NCBI GenBank assembly: GCA_964414145.1
Contig: CAYPVH010000007.1
Location: 28,640-92,639, forward strand
Source of the DNA: an uncultured Gammaproteobacteria bacterium
GTDB lineage: Bacteria; Patescibacteriota; Microgenomatia; UBA1406
DNA: 64,000 bases
Direction: 5' to 3'
Of the stretch, positions 36,918 through 45,777 are shown one piece after another (the stretch's first letter is position 1; the number at the start of each line of letters is the position of its first letter). The translations under genes and the position numbers were made by a program. The notes beneath the pieces were generated by a model. The model saw only the letters and a list, made by a program, of their open reading frames with translations. It was not told where the DNA came from and did not search any database.

Positions 36918-37736
36918 ATGGATAAAATAACAAAAGATAACGAGTCTAAGTGGAATAAATTAGCTAAATCAGATGTGCCTTGCGGTCGACCTCAAGTTAA
37001 TTTAACCTCACAGAAAGCTAAATTATGGCTAAATAAGGATGGAATTTTTGGCAACTTGAAAAACAAAAAAGTTCTTTGTCTTGCGTCGGGTGGTGGTCAG
37101 CAAAGTATTGGATTTGCACTGCTTGGCGCGGATGTAACAGTTACAGATTTTAGCAGTGAACAGCTTAAGAAAGATAAGGTTGTAGCAAAAAAATTCAATA
37201 AAAATGTACGTATTGTTAAATCAGACATGCGTGACTTATCAATGTTCAAAGACAATGAGTTTAATATTGTTTATCAACCGTATTCAATAAACTATATTCC
37301 AGATATCTCAAAAATCTTTAATGAGGTTGCTAGAGTTACAAAGATCGGTGGGATATATTACCTAATGTTTCATAATCCATTTGTTCATGGTACTTGGAAA
37401 GATGGTTGCTGGGGCAGTAAATGGGATAAAAAAGACTTATGGAATGGTAAGGGATACCCAATTTGGCAACCCTACAAAGATGGTTATAAAATTAGAACGA
37501 ATGATCCTTACTGGAATTTTTCTGATACTAAAGGCAAAGATTTAAAGATCGAAAGTCCTCAAGAATTTAAACACACATTATCAACAATTCTAAATGGGCT
37601 TACAGAAAGAGGTTTTCGGTTATTAAAATTTGAGGAGCATAAAGAATATGTTAGTAATAGTCAACCCGGAACCTGGGACCATTATGTTTCTGTAGTAGCA
37701 CCATGGTTTTACTTGTGGATGAAAAAAAGTGGCTAG
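36918..37736 (+). CDS. Class I SAM-dependent methyltransferase
   Basis: VLCLASGGGQQS (motif I) followed by VTVTDFS (acidic motif II). Confidence 0.8.
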   Translation: MDKITKDNESKWNKLAKSDVPCGRPQVNLTSQKAKLWLNKDGIFGNLKNKKVLCLASGGGQQSIGFALLGADVTVTDFSSEQLKKDKVVAKKFNKNVRIVKSDMRDLSMFKDNEFNIVYQPYSINYIPDISKIFNEVARVTKIGGIYYLMFHNPFVHGTWKDGCWGSKWDKKDLWNGKGYPIWQPYKDGYKIRTNDPYWNFSDTKGKDLKIESPQEFKHTLSTILNGLTERGFRLLKFEEHKEYVSNSQPGTWDHYVSVVAPWFYLWMKKSG

Positions 37737-37862
37737 AATTAGATAAATTATTCACTCTTTTCAGTTAATTATTCATAATTTAAAGCGTTTAAATGATATA
37801 GTAAAACTTTATTTGTGTTATAATTCAACGCAGGTGGCAAATTATTAAAAGTAAAAATAGCA

Positions 37863-38780
37863 ATGCCAAAAAACAAAAAAGAAGATTATCAAACACTTCT
37901 GTGGGTTGTAATACTTGCAGCTCTTGGGGGTGGTGTACCTACCTTTTCAAAGATGGCTTTAGAAGTATTGCCTACTTTTACGTTTATATTTCTTAGATTC
38001 TTAACTGCAGCAATTATTCTTGTTCCTCTCTTTATTAAAGCAAAGGAAAAAATTTTAAAAAAAGATATATGGCCAATTATTTTAGTTTCGCTTTTTGGAA
38101 CAGGAAATGTGGTTTTATTTGCTTTTGGAGTTAAAGAAACTACAGCTACAGTTGCTCAGGTATTATATGCTGCTGTTCCAATAGTAGCCCTAATAGCTTC
38201 TTTTATAATTCTAAAAACTACTTTTCAAAAGAAAAAAATAATCGGTGTTTTACTTGGTTTAATAGGTGTTTTGATTATTATTCTAACACCAACATTTGGT
38301 GACAACGGCAGTGGTATTGGTACACTCTCTGGGAATTTACTAGTTTTGTTTGCTGTTATTTCTTATTCGCTTTACACTGTTTTTTCAAAGAACCTTCTAA
38401 AAATTTATTCACCATTGATGTTAACAACAATGATGGTTATTACTACTCTTGCCATTCAATCAATTTTGATTGCTTCCGAGGTTTCTCATTATCCAGACAC
38501 ACTGAATGTAGTAACTTTTAAAGGTGTTGTTGGTGTTTTATATGTTGGAATTATTGGTACAGCATTATTTTTTCTTTTCTATCAGAAAATTATAAGAAAA
38601 GCGAACCCTGTAGTTGCTTCAATGACTTTTTACTTGCAGCCAATTTTTAGTTTTGTGTGGGCCTTTTTTCTTTTGGGTGAAAGATTAACACCAACTTTAG
38701 TTGTAGGAAGTATTTTGGCGTTTTTAGGAGCTAGTTTGGTGACTAAGAAAGTGGATCAAAGGAACAATAATACAAAATAA
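37863..38780 (+). CDS. EamA/DMT-family transporter
   Basis: 10 TM helices in a duplicated 5+5 EamA-like pattern. Confidence 0.85.
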   Translation: MPKNKKEDYQTLLWVVILAALGGGVPTFSKMALEVLPTFTFIFLRFLTAAIILVPLFIKAKEKILKKDIWPIILVSLFGTGNVVLFAFGVKETTATVAQVLYAAVPIVALIASFIILKTTFQKKKIIGVLLGLIGVLIIILTPTFGDNGSGIGTLSGNLLVLFAVISYSLYTVFSKNLLKIYSPLMLTTMMVITTLAIQSILIASEVSHYPDTLNVVTFKGVVGVLYVGIIGTALFFLFYQKIIRKANPVVASMTFYLQPIFSFVWAFFLLGERLTPTLVVGSILAFLGASLVTKKVDQRNNNTK

Positions 38781-38850
38781 TTACAGAAAACAATCAAAAA
38801 CCCAATCAGTATATTTAGTGATTCGAAAAATTATTATAATTGAAAAATCA

Positions 38851-39774
38851 ATGGATAAAAAACAAATTCAAAAAATTTCTCTTGTTGCAGGTATTGGCAA
38901 TACAACCAGCATTAAGAATATAAATATTGGCTTTTCAAACAAAATTCAGTTAATAAACGATAGATATATTTTAAAAACTACCGCGAAAACTAATAATAAT
39001 CTTAGCAAAGAATATGCCCTACTAACTTTTTTTAAGAACAAACTACCTGTCCCGAAAATTATACATGCAGACTTTTCAAGAAGTTTTGTAGAACCACACT
39101 TTATTTTAATGGAGAAAATTGAAGGCTTACCACTTTACCAAGTATGGAGCTCAATTACAGAAAATGATCGCAAATTAATCATTAAACAAATTTCGAATTA
39201 TTTAAGGTTGATTAATAATTCAGACCTAACAACTCTCAAAAAACACTTTATTAAACCCGGAAGCTGGAAACTGTATATTAAAAATAGATTTGAAAAAACA
39301 CAAGCAAAACATCTTGCTTTAAAAATTGTAAATGAAAAATTGTTAAACAATTTTAGTCGATATTTAAACAAAAAATTGTATTTATTTGATGAGGCGGTAA
39401 TACGCCCAATTTATTACGATATTCATTTTGATAATTTTGTTATCAAAAACAATAAAGTTGTAGGAATGCTTGACTTTGAATCTATAAAATACTTGTCGCT
39501 AGACTATTCGTTACTGGCAATAAAAAGAATGTGTGACATGCCAAAAGAATTTGCTTCAGAAGCCTTTGAAGCCAGTGTTGTCGAAAAGGATTACAAAGAA
39601 ATCTACCAATATTTTAAAGATTATTACCCTGAGTTATATAGTTTTGTTGAAGTTGAAGAACGAGTAAAAATATATTCGATAATATACGACTTGGAAATTC
39701 TGGTTAAATTCCCTAAAGCGGGTGACCGAATTGCTAGGGTTGAGAATGAGATTAAATGTAATTTGAGTCATTGA
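38851..39774 (+). CDS. Aminoglycoside-phosphotransferase (APH)/choline-kinase-fold small-molecule kinase
   Basis: Brenner-type YYDIHFDNFVI (HxDxxxxN) and MLDFE (DFE) motifs. Start taken at ATG 38851; the track start is GTG 38818. Confidence 0.7.
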   Translation: MDKKQIQKISLVAGIGNTTSIKNINIGFSNKIQLINDRYILKTTAKTNNNLSKEYALLTFFKNKLPVPKIIHADFSRSFVEPHFILMEKIEGLPLYQVWSSITENDRKLIIKQISNYLRLINNSDLTTLKKHFIKPGSWKLYIKNRFEKTQAKHLALKIVNEKLLNNFSRYLNKKLYLFDEAVIRPIYYDIHFDNFVIKNNKVVGMLDFESIKYLSLDYSLLAIKRMCDMPKEFASEAFEASVVEKDYKEIYQYFKDYYPELYSFVEVEERVKIYSIIYDLEILVKFPKAGDRIARVENEIKCNLSH

Positions 39775-39807
39775 CTTCTGCAGTTTGTTTTAGGACAATA
39801 GCTAGAT

Positions 39808-40365
39808 ATGCAATTTTTATCTGTTGATTGGCAGGGATTACATGACCGGGTTTTTAAGCTTTCAGAAGCGGTGGAAAAGGATAATAATTTTGATGTAATT
39901 GTAGCGGTAGCCAGGGGCGGACTAACAATTTCGCACATTTTAAGCGATACCTTAGGTTTACCCATAACTTCATTTACCGTTTCCAGTTACCGCGACCTTA
40001 AACAGCAAGAAAACCTGAAAGTTACTTTTAAAATCGGCAATAAGCTGGAAAACAAAAAAATATTGCTTGTTGATGATATTTCAGATACAGGCACTACCTT
40101 TATTCGGGGCATAAATTATCTACATGAATTAGGGGCAACCGAAATAAAAACGGCGGCACTTTTTACAAAGCCCTGGACAAAATTTGTTCCCGATTACTAT
40201 GTTGAAGAAGTGGATAAATGGATCATTTTCCCCTATGAGGGTAAAGAAACGGTACAAAGTTTAGCAAAAAAACTTATAAAGGATGGTAAAAGTCGGACAG
40301 AAATCAAAACCTTTTTAACAAAACTCAATATTCACCCCAAATATATTGATAAATTTCTTAATTAA
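39808..40365 (+). CDS. Purine/xanthine-guanine-type phosphoribosyltransferase
   Basis: PRPP-binding loop KILLVDDISDTGTT. Confidence 0.8.
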   Translation: MQFLSVDWQGLHDRVFKLSEAVEKDNNFDVIVAVARGGLTISHILSDTLGLPITSFTVSSYRDLKQQENLKVTFKIGNKLENKKILLVDDISDTGTTFIRGINYLHELGATEIKTAALFTKPWTKFVPDYYVEEVDKWIIFPYEGKETVQSLAKKLIKDGKSRTEIKTFLTKLNIHPKYIDKFLN

Positions 40366-41560
40366 AAAACGACCCAAATTTAGCTTTAATTTTGTCTAGT
40401 AACGACATATTCAACGCCTGAAGTGAATATAAATAAGCCAAAAAAGTAGTCCCCCCGGCAAACAGAAACGGCGCCGATGTACCTATAAATTCAAAAAGCC
40501 CTCCCCCCAAAATTGGGCCACTAATTCTGCCTAAGCTACCCGAACTTTGCAAATAACCCAAAACTTGCCCGTAATGTTTTTGGTCAACATTTTCCGAAGC
40601 TATAGATTGAAGTGTTGGTTCCGAAATTCCGTTACCTATTGCGATAAAGAAAAAAGAAATATAAATAACAAATGGAAAAACAGAAAAGGGTACCAATACT
40701 AGGCCAATTGAGCGCATTAAAACTCCAAGTTGTAATAATTTTATTTCTTTTATTCGTTTTAATAGTTCGGGCAGTATTTTCAGCTGTGTTAATACCGACA
40801 GTATGCCAATATAGGCAAATAAGTAACCAATGTTTTGCGGGCCAAAATTAAGTTTTCTTTCTGCCCACAGGGCAAAAATACCCTGAAATGAAGAAAAGGC
40901 CAAATTTAGTGCAAAAAATAAAATAATTAAAAAACCAATTGGCTTTTGCTTTAATAACGAGTAAAGTTTTTTAAAATTAATTTTTCTTCTTTGAATAGGA
41001 GCTACTTTATTGTTTTTTACTGTTTCCTTAAGTAAAAACATAGTGGCAAAAATAGACAAAAGAGAAATAAAGGCAGCAAAAAAAGCCGGTGCAGCAAAAC
41101 CAAATTGAGCTAAGAAACCACCAAGGGCTGGCCCGAAAATAAAACCTAAACCAAAGGCAGCACCAATAATACCCATACCCCTGGCCCGATTTTTACTGGT
41201 GGTTACATCGGCTATATAGGCTTGAGCTATCGAAATATTACCTCCGGTTAGCCCGTCGATTAGTCTAGATAAAAATATTAACCATAAACTGTTGGCAAAG
41301 CCAAGCAATAAAAATCCGGCAAAGGTACCGATTTGCGAAATTAACAATATTTTTTTCCTGCCAAAGCGATCTGATAAGTCGCCAAGTATTGGTGCACCAA
41401 CAAATTGAAAAAAAGAATAAGTGGCAGCCAGTAAACCAACCTGGAAGTCTGAGGCCTTAAATTTTTCGGCAATAAAGGGTAATAGGGGCAAAATTATGCC
41501 AAAGCCGAGTAAATCTATAAATACAATTAAAAAGATAGTATAGAGGGGCTTTTTTTTCAT
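40358..41560 (-). CDS. MFS transporter (drug:H+ antiporter-like)
   Basis: 12 TM helices and the GDLSDRFGRKKILL MFS loop 2-3 motif. Confidence 0.88.
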   Translation of the reverse strand: MKKKPLYTIFLIVFIDLLGFGIILPLLPFIAEKFKASDFQVGLLAATYSFFQFVGAPILGDLSDRFGRKKILLISQIGTFAGFLLLGFANSLWLIFLSRLIDGLTGGNISIAQAYIADVTTSKNRARGMGIIGAAFGLGFIFGPALGGFLAQFGFAAPAFFAAFISLLSIFATMFLLKETVKNNKVAPIQRRKINFKKLYSLLKQKPIGFLIILFFALNLAFSSFQGIFALWAERKLNFGPQNIGYLFAYIGILSVLTQLKILPELLKRIKEIKLLQLGVLMRSIGLVLVPFSVFPFVIYISFFFIAIGNGISEPTLQSIASENVDQKHYGQVLGYLQSSGSLGRISGPILGGGLFEFIGTSAPFLFAGGTTFLAYLYSLQALNMSLLDKIKAKFGSFFN

Positions 41561-41724
41561 CAGAAAACTAACTTTAGCAGATTAGAGAATTATTTCAAGT
41601 GTTTTCATTTTTGAAAAGTATTTACAGAGGTAGTCTGGGAGCTAGATAGTCAATATTTAATTACTTGTAGTAATAAGTACGTAAGTTATTGATTCGGCAT
41701 CTTCTTTTTATTAGACTGGTTTAT

Positions 41725-43086
41725 ATGCCAGATAACCAAAGCTTGAAAGATAAAACATTAGTAATTGTTTTTGCTTATGCGCCAGCCGGTCTTGGGCACT
41801 TACGTGTGACCGACGCTCTTTACGACGGCTTACCTTCTCAAGCCGCACCAATTTTGCTTGGAGCTCAAGACAAATCAATAACTTGGATTCATAGAATTAT
41901 TAGTATTCACCCTATAATGAGAAGTATTTTTGAATGGGGTCAGCACGGCTTACAACAATATTTGGTTACGGCTATTTATAGATATTTTTTGCGAAGAAGG
42001 TCTAAATTAATTTATCAACAAATATCTACTATTCTTAGTCAACGAATGGAATTGCCAAAAACCATATTGATTGTTGCAACCCATTTTGGTTTAGCACACC
42101 AGATTGCTTCTTTAAAAAATAAGATACATAAAGAAATAAAAGTAAAGGTTGTATTGGCGGTTCAGGTTACAGATGATAGTCCCCAATTTATGTGGTATGT
42201 GCCTGGCGCTGATATAACATTTGTTCCAAGCCAAAGAACAAAATTAAAACTGGAGCAGTATGGTAAGCAAAGTAAATTAAAAAAAATAGATATAAGGGTA
42301 ACGCCTTATCCGGTTAGCCCAGAATTAACAGTAAGGCTAACAGAAAATAAATACAGAGAAAAATTAAAACAATTCAATGATGTGGAAAAAACAAAAATTA
42401 ATGTTGCAATTCCAATTTCTGGGGCGGCTGTGGGTATGGCTTTTTTCGTAAGGTTGGTTGATCAGCTTTATCAGAAGTCACCCCGATTTCAGTTTCATGT
42501 TATTTCTAAAATCACGCTATATACTTTGCCATACTTAAATGAGTTTATGAGCAGGCCCTATGTTAAGCTACACTTAGCCAAATATGATAAAGAAGTTGTG
42601 CGAAAATACGAAGAAATTTATAAGAAAAATGTGATTGGTTTGGAAATTACCAAACCATCCGAGCAAGCTTTTAAAGCTTTGATTAAACCAGAAAAAGTGG
42701 GCGGACCGATACTTTTGTTTGCAAAACCAGTTGGCAGGCAAGAATACGATAATGTTGACTTTTTAACAAGACATGGGCTTATACCAACAAAAGCAGAACA
42801 CAAGTTTTTATATGATCACGCAGAAAGAAACATATCTTTAAAAACTAGCCTAGAAGGAAAAAAGTTGTTGGAAAAATCTCGTCTTTGGCGTGGAATTTTA
42901 TTACCTAACCATTCCAATAAATGTGCTAATTTAGTTTTCTGGGCTTTAAAAGAATGGCTGTTTTTACAAATGGTGAAGTGTAGGATTAATGCAGAAAGAA
43001 AAGATACAAGAATTGAGGAACTTAACCCAACCGGAGTAGAGGAATTTTGGCAGTCGGTTACAAACTACCTTGATGAAAAGCTTTAG
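41725..43086 (+). CDS. Putative GT-B glycosyltransferase of the MGDG-synthase/UgtP (GT28-like) type
   Basis: By eye, LVIVFAYAPAGLGHLRVTDALYD aligns with the UgtP N-terminus (ILTANYGNGHVQVAKTLYE). QVTDDSPQFMWYVPGADITFVPS aligns with [23 protein letters not shown]. Confidence 0.5.
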   Translation: MPDNQSLKDKTLVIVFAYAPAGLGHLRVTDALYDGLPSQAAPILLGAQDKSITWIHRIISIHPIMRSIFEWGQHGLQQYLVTAIYRYFLRRRSKLIYQQISTILSQRMELPKTILIVATHFGLAHQIASLKNKIHKEIKVKVVLAVQVTDDSPQFMWYVPGADITFVPSQRTKLKLEQYGKQSKLKKIDIRVTPYPVSPELTVRLTENKYREKLKQFNDVEKTKINVAIPISGAAVGMAFFVRLVDQLYQKSPRFQFHVISKITLYTLPYLNEFMSRPYVKLHLAKYDKEVVRKYEEIYKKNVIGLEITKPSEQAFKALIKPEKVGGPILLFAKPVGRQEYDNVDFLTRHGLIPTKAEHKFLYDHAERNISLKTSLEGKKLLEKSRLWRGILLPNHSNKCANLVFWALKEWLFLQMVKCRINAERKDTRIEELNPTGVEEFWQSVTNYLDEKL

Positions 43087-43131
43087 TCTTTGAATAAAGC
43101 GTAATTTTTACAAAAATGTTAGCATAATGCT

Positions 43132-43464
43132 ATGAGAATAATAATAAACTTGGTTTTACAGGCGTTGGCGGTTTTAATTAGTGCTTACCTAATTCCTTCC
43201 GTGGTAGTTGATTCGTTCTTGGCGGCGCTTTCTGTTGCTGTTGTTTTGGGTTTATTAAATACTTTTCTTAAACCTTTGCTTTTGCTATTAACTTTACCTC
43301 TGAATGTTTTAACTTTGGGCCTGTTTACTCTAGTGATTAATACAGTGGTGGTACTAATTGCGAGCAGTCTTGTTTCGGGGTTTAGCGTTGACTCTTTTTG
43401 GTCTGCTCTATTGTTTAGTTTAATACTTTCCTTGGTTAACTTTGTCTTGTCTACATTTAAGTAA
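43132..43464 (+). CDS. Phage-holin-4-2/DUF360 (YvlD-like) 4-TM membrane protein
   Basis: 110 aa with 4 TM helices; LLNTFLKPLL..LTLPLNVLTLGLFTLVIN pattern. Confidence 0.7.
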   Translation: MRIIINLVLQALAVLISAYLIPSVVVDSFLAALSVAVVLGLLNTFLKPLLLLLTLPLNVLTLGLFTLVINTVVVLIASSLVSGFSVDSFWSALLFSLILSLVNFVLSTFK

Positions 43465-43493
43465 AGAAGGAGAGGTTAAAAATATACGAACAA

Positions 43494-44084
43494 ATGAAGT
43501 TGGAAAAAGGATTTACTTTACTTGAATTTGTAATCATTGTTGCTTTACTTGGTTTGGTGCTAAGCGCTTCATATATTTTTGTACCACAGCAGTTAAAGAA
43601 AAGTAGAGATGCCAGAAGGAAGAGTGATTTGGAAAACATTAAAGGTGTCTATGAAGATTACTATCAAGACAAAGGCATTTATCCTGATTCATTACCAAGT
43701 TGTGGAGAGTCTTTCAGAATAGGGAATGAAGTATTACTGTCAAGCGTTCCGTGCGATCCTTTAACCGGAGAAGACTATTTTTACATGTTTTGTAATGGTG
43801 AAAAAACAAATTGGTATAAGATTTATACTAATTTGGAAATAGAAACAGACCCGGAAATTGGATATATTAATTGTAGCTCGGGTTGTGGCCCAGACTGCGA
43901 ATATAATTATGGCGTAAGTAGTGCAAATGTGAAATTGGATACATGCGGTGTTACTTATGCTTGTGGGCCCGGTGGGGGAAGTTTAGGTGCTTGCGAAATA
44001 TTTCAAAATCCAGATATGAGCAATTGCCCCAAAGTATTTTTGGATGACCCAACATGTAATAATGAATGTTCAAAAAAAATGTAA
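43494..44084 (+). CDS. Type IV pilin-like protein with a Cys-rich C-terminal domain
   Basis: Prepilin leader MKLEKG/FTLLEFVIIVALLGLV (G-1, E+5). I count 12 Cys in the globular domain. Confidence 0.8.
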   Translation: MKLEKGFTLLEFVIIVALLGLVLSASYIFVPQQLKKSRDARRKSDLENIKGVYEDYYQDKGIYPDSLPSCGESFRIGNEVLLSSVPCDPLTGEDYFYMFCNGEKTNWYKIYTNLEIETDPEIGYINCSSGCGPDCEYNYGVSSANVKLDTCGVTYACGPGGGSLGACEIFQNPDMSNCPKVFLDDPTCNNECSKKM

Positions 44085-44164
44085 GGTGTGAAAACTCGAG
44101 CGGTAAATCTGTTCCTGTACAAAAATTACCGGAACTGTGTGAATAGTTTTGTTATTATGCTTTT

Positions 44165-44995
44165 ATGTATACCTTTTACGTTGAAAAAACTAATGGGCAG
44201 AGCGAAGCCTTTAGTGAGGAAAAACTGGCTCGGTCATTAAAAAAGGCGGGTGTGGCGGAATTTGAATCTGCTAAATTTATTAATATTTTAAAAAAGAATT
44301 TATATCAAGGAATAACTACTGAAGAAATTGCCGAAAGAATACATAATTATTTGGAAAAATCTAATCCAAACGCTGAACGAAAATATGGCTTAAGGCAAGC
44401 TTTAATGGAAATGGGACCAAGTGGTTTTCCGTTTGAAAAGTTTGTGTCGGCGTTGCTTAAAAAGTATAGTTACAAAACTAAATGCAACACTTTACTTCAA
44501 GGCCATTGTGTTGTGCATGAAATAGATGTTATTGCTGAAAAACAAAATAGGATTTATTTTGTTGAATGCAAATATCACAACTCAGTCGGTAGCCGATCAG
44601 ATTTAAAGGTAACTTTATACGTTAAAGCTCGAGCCGACGACATTATTTCAAAAATTAAAGAACTAAAAGACAAAAGTAAAGAAACTAAAGCTTGGATTTT
44701 TACCAATACCAAATTTTCAAAAGAAGCTATTGCTTATGGTGAATGTATGAATTTAAGGTTAACCGGTTGGAATTATCCGGAAAAAACCAGCTTGCAAAAA
44801 ATGATAGAAGATAACGGGCTTTATCCAATAACTATGTTGTCGATGCTAAACCGTAATGAAAAAATGGAACTATTGAAAGAAAATATCATATTAGCTGCCG
44901 AGGTTTTAGAAAACGATCGCTTTGCCAAAATTTTGAATTTGTCGAAAGACAGGCAGGAAAAAATAATTAATGAAGCCAAAATGTTATTTAGCTAG
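44165..44995 (+). CDS. ATP-cone domain fused to an Mrr/restriction-endonuclease-like (PD-(D/E)xK) domain
   Basis: The N-terminus VEKTNGQSEAFSEEKLARSLKKAGV is ATP-cone-like. The core HEIDVIAEKQNRIYFVECKYH is a D...E-x-K nuclease motif. Confidence 0.7.
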   Translation: MYTFYVEKTNGQSEAFSEEKLARSLKKAGVAEFESAKFINILKKNLYQGITTEEIAERIHNYLEKSNPNAERKYGLRQALMEMGPSGFPFEKFVSALLKKYSYKTKCNTLLQGHCVVHEIDVIAEKQNRIYFVECKYHNSVGSRSDLKVTLYVKARADDIISKIKELKDKSKETKAWIFTNTKFSKEAIAYGECMNLRLTGWNYPEKTSLQKMIEDNGLYPITMLSMLNRNEKMELLKENIILAAEVLENDRFAKILNLSKDRQEKIINEAKMLFS

Positions 44996-45777
44996 AAAAC
45001 ATTTAACAAACCCTTGTCTTTTGCTTTTTTAAAAGACCTATTAATAAACCAAAGAGAAATTAATAAATAAATAATATTTAGAAAAAAGCTAAGAGCCACT
45101 TCTTGCATATTCACATTTCTTCCGGCAATTAGATTTCTGCCGTTTTCAAATATATAACTGGGGGGAATAAATCTGGCTATGGATTGAGCCCATTCTGGAA
45201 GGCTAGAAACAGGATAATATATGGCAGAGAAAGGAGAAACAACAGCCACAGCTGTCCAGGCTAGTGTTTGAATTCTAGTTCCATAACGGACAATAATACC
45301 CGTTATAAATAAGCCAATAGCCCAACCGGTTAAAATTAAGCTGAACGAAAATGGAATTAAGTATAGACCATAGTTTAAAAAATTGGTTTTGTAGAGTATA
45401 AAGGCTAAAACAGCGGCAAAAGAAAGGCTTAAAGTAGCCTTGATAATACCAATAATGAAAACAGAGATAACCCACTCGCCTAATTTAAGGGGTGATACAA
45501 AAAGGTTTACTAAATTTTTATTCCAAAGCTCATCTAAAAAATTAACCGTAATTTCGTATTGACCCCGCCAAATCAGTATCCAAAAAAGCAAGCCGGAAAT
45601 AACCATAAAAACTATATTTATACTTGAGGTGTTGTTTTCATTAAAGAACCTACTAGTTAAACCCCAGATAACCAAATCCATTGCCGGCCAGTAAAACATA
45701 TCGGAAAGACGGTCTAAACTGTGTTTTAAGTAGTACCAGTACCGCAGTACCATGGCATAAATTCGATGTATTTTCAT
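44992..45777 (-). CDS. ABC-2 type transporter permease
   Basis: 6 TM helices; 4-nt overlap with the upstream ATPase gene. Confidence 0.8.
   Translation of the reverse strand: MKIHRIYAMVLRYWYYLKHSLDRLSDMFYWPAMDLVIWGLTSRFFNENNTSSINIVFMVISGLLFWILIWRGQYEITVNFLDELWNKNLVNLFVSPLKLGEWVISVFIIGIIKATLSLSFAAVLAFILYKTNFLNYGLYLIPFSFSLILTGWAIGLFITGIIVRYGTRIQTLAWTAVAVVSPFSAIYYPVSSLPEWAQSIARFIPPSYIFENGRNLIAGRNVNMQEVALSFFLNIIYLLISLWFINRSFKKAKDKGLLNVF

Noticed and set aside
34493-41560. Calling the tRNA-Pro-adjacent block a bona fide integrative mobile element
   Set aside because: There is no integrase and no clean second att repeat at a distal boundary. I have only a 10-nt T-arm duplicate, so it is reported as a low-interest hypothesis and not annotated as a mobile_element feature.
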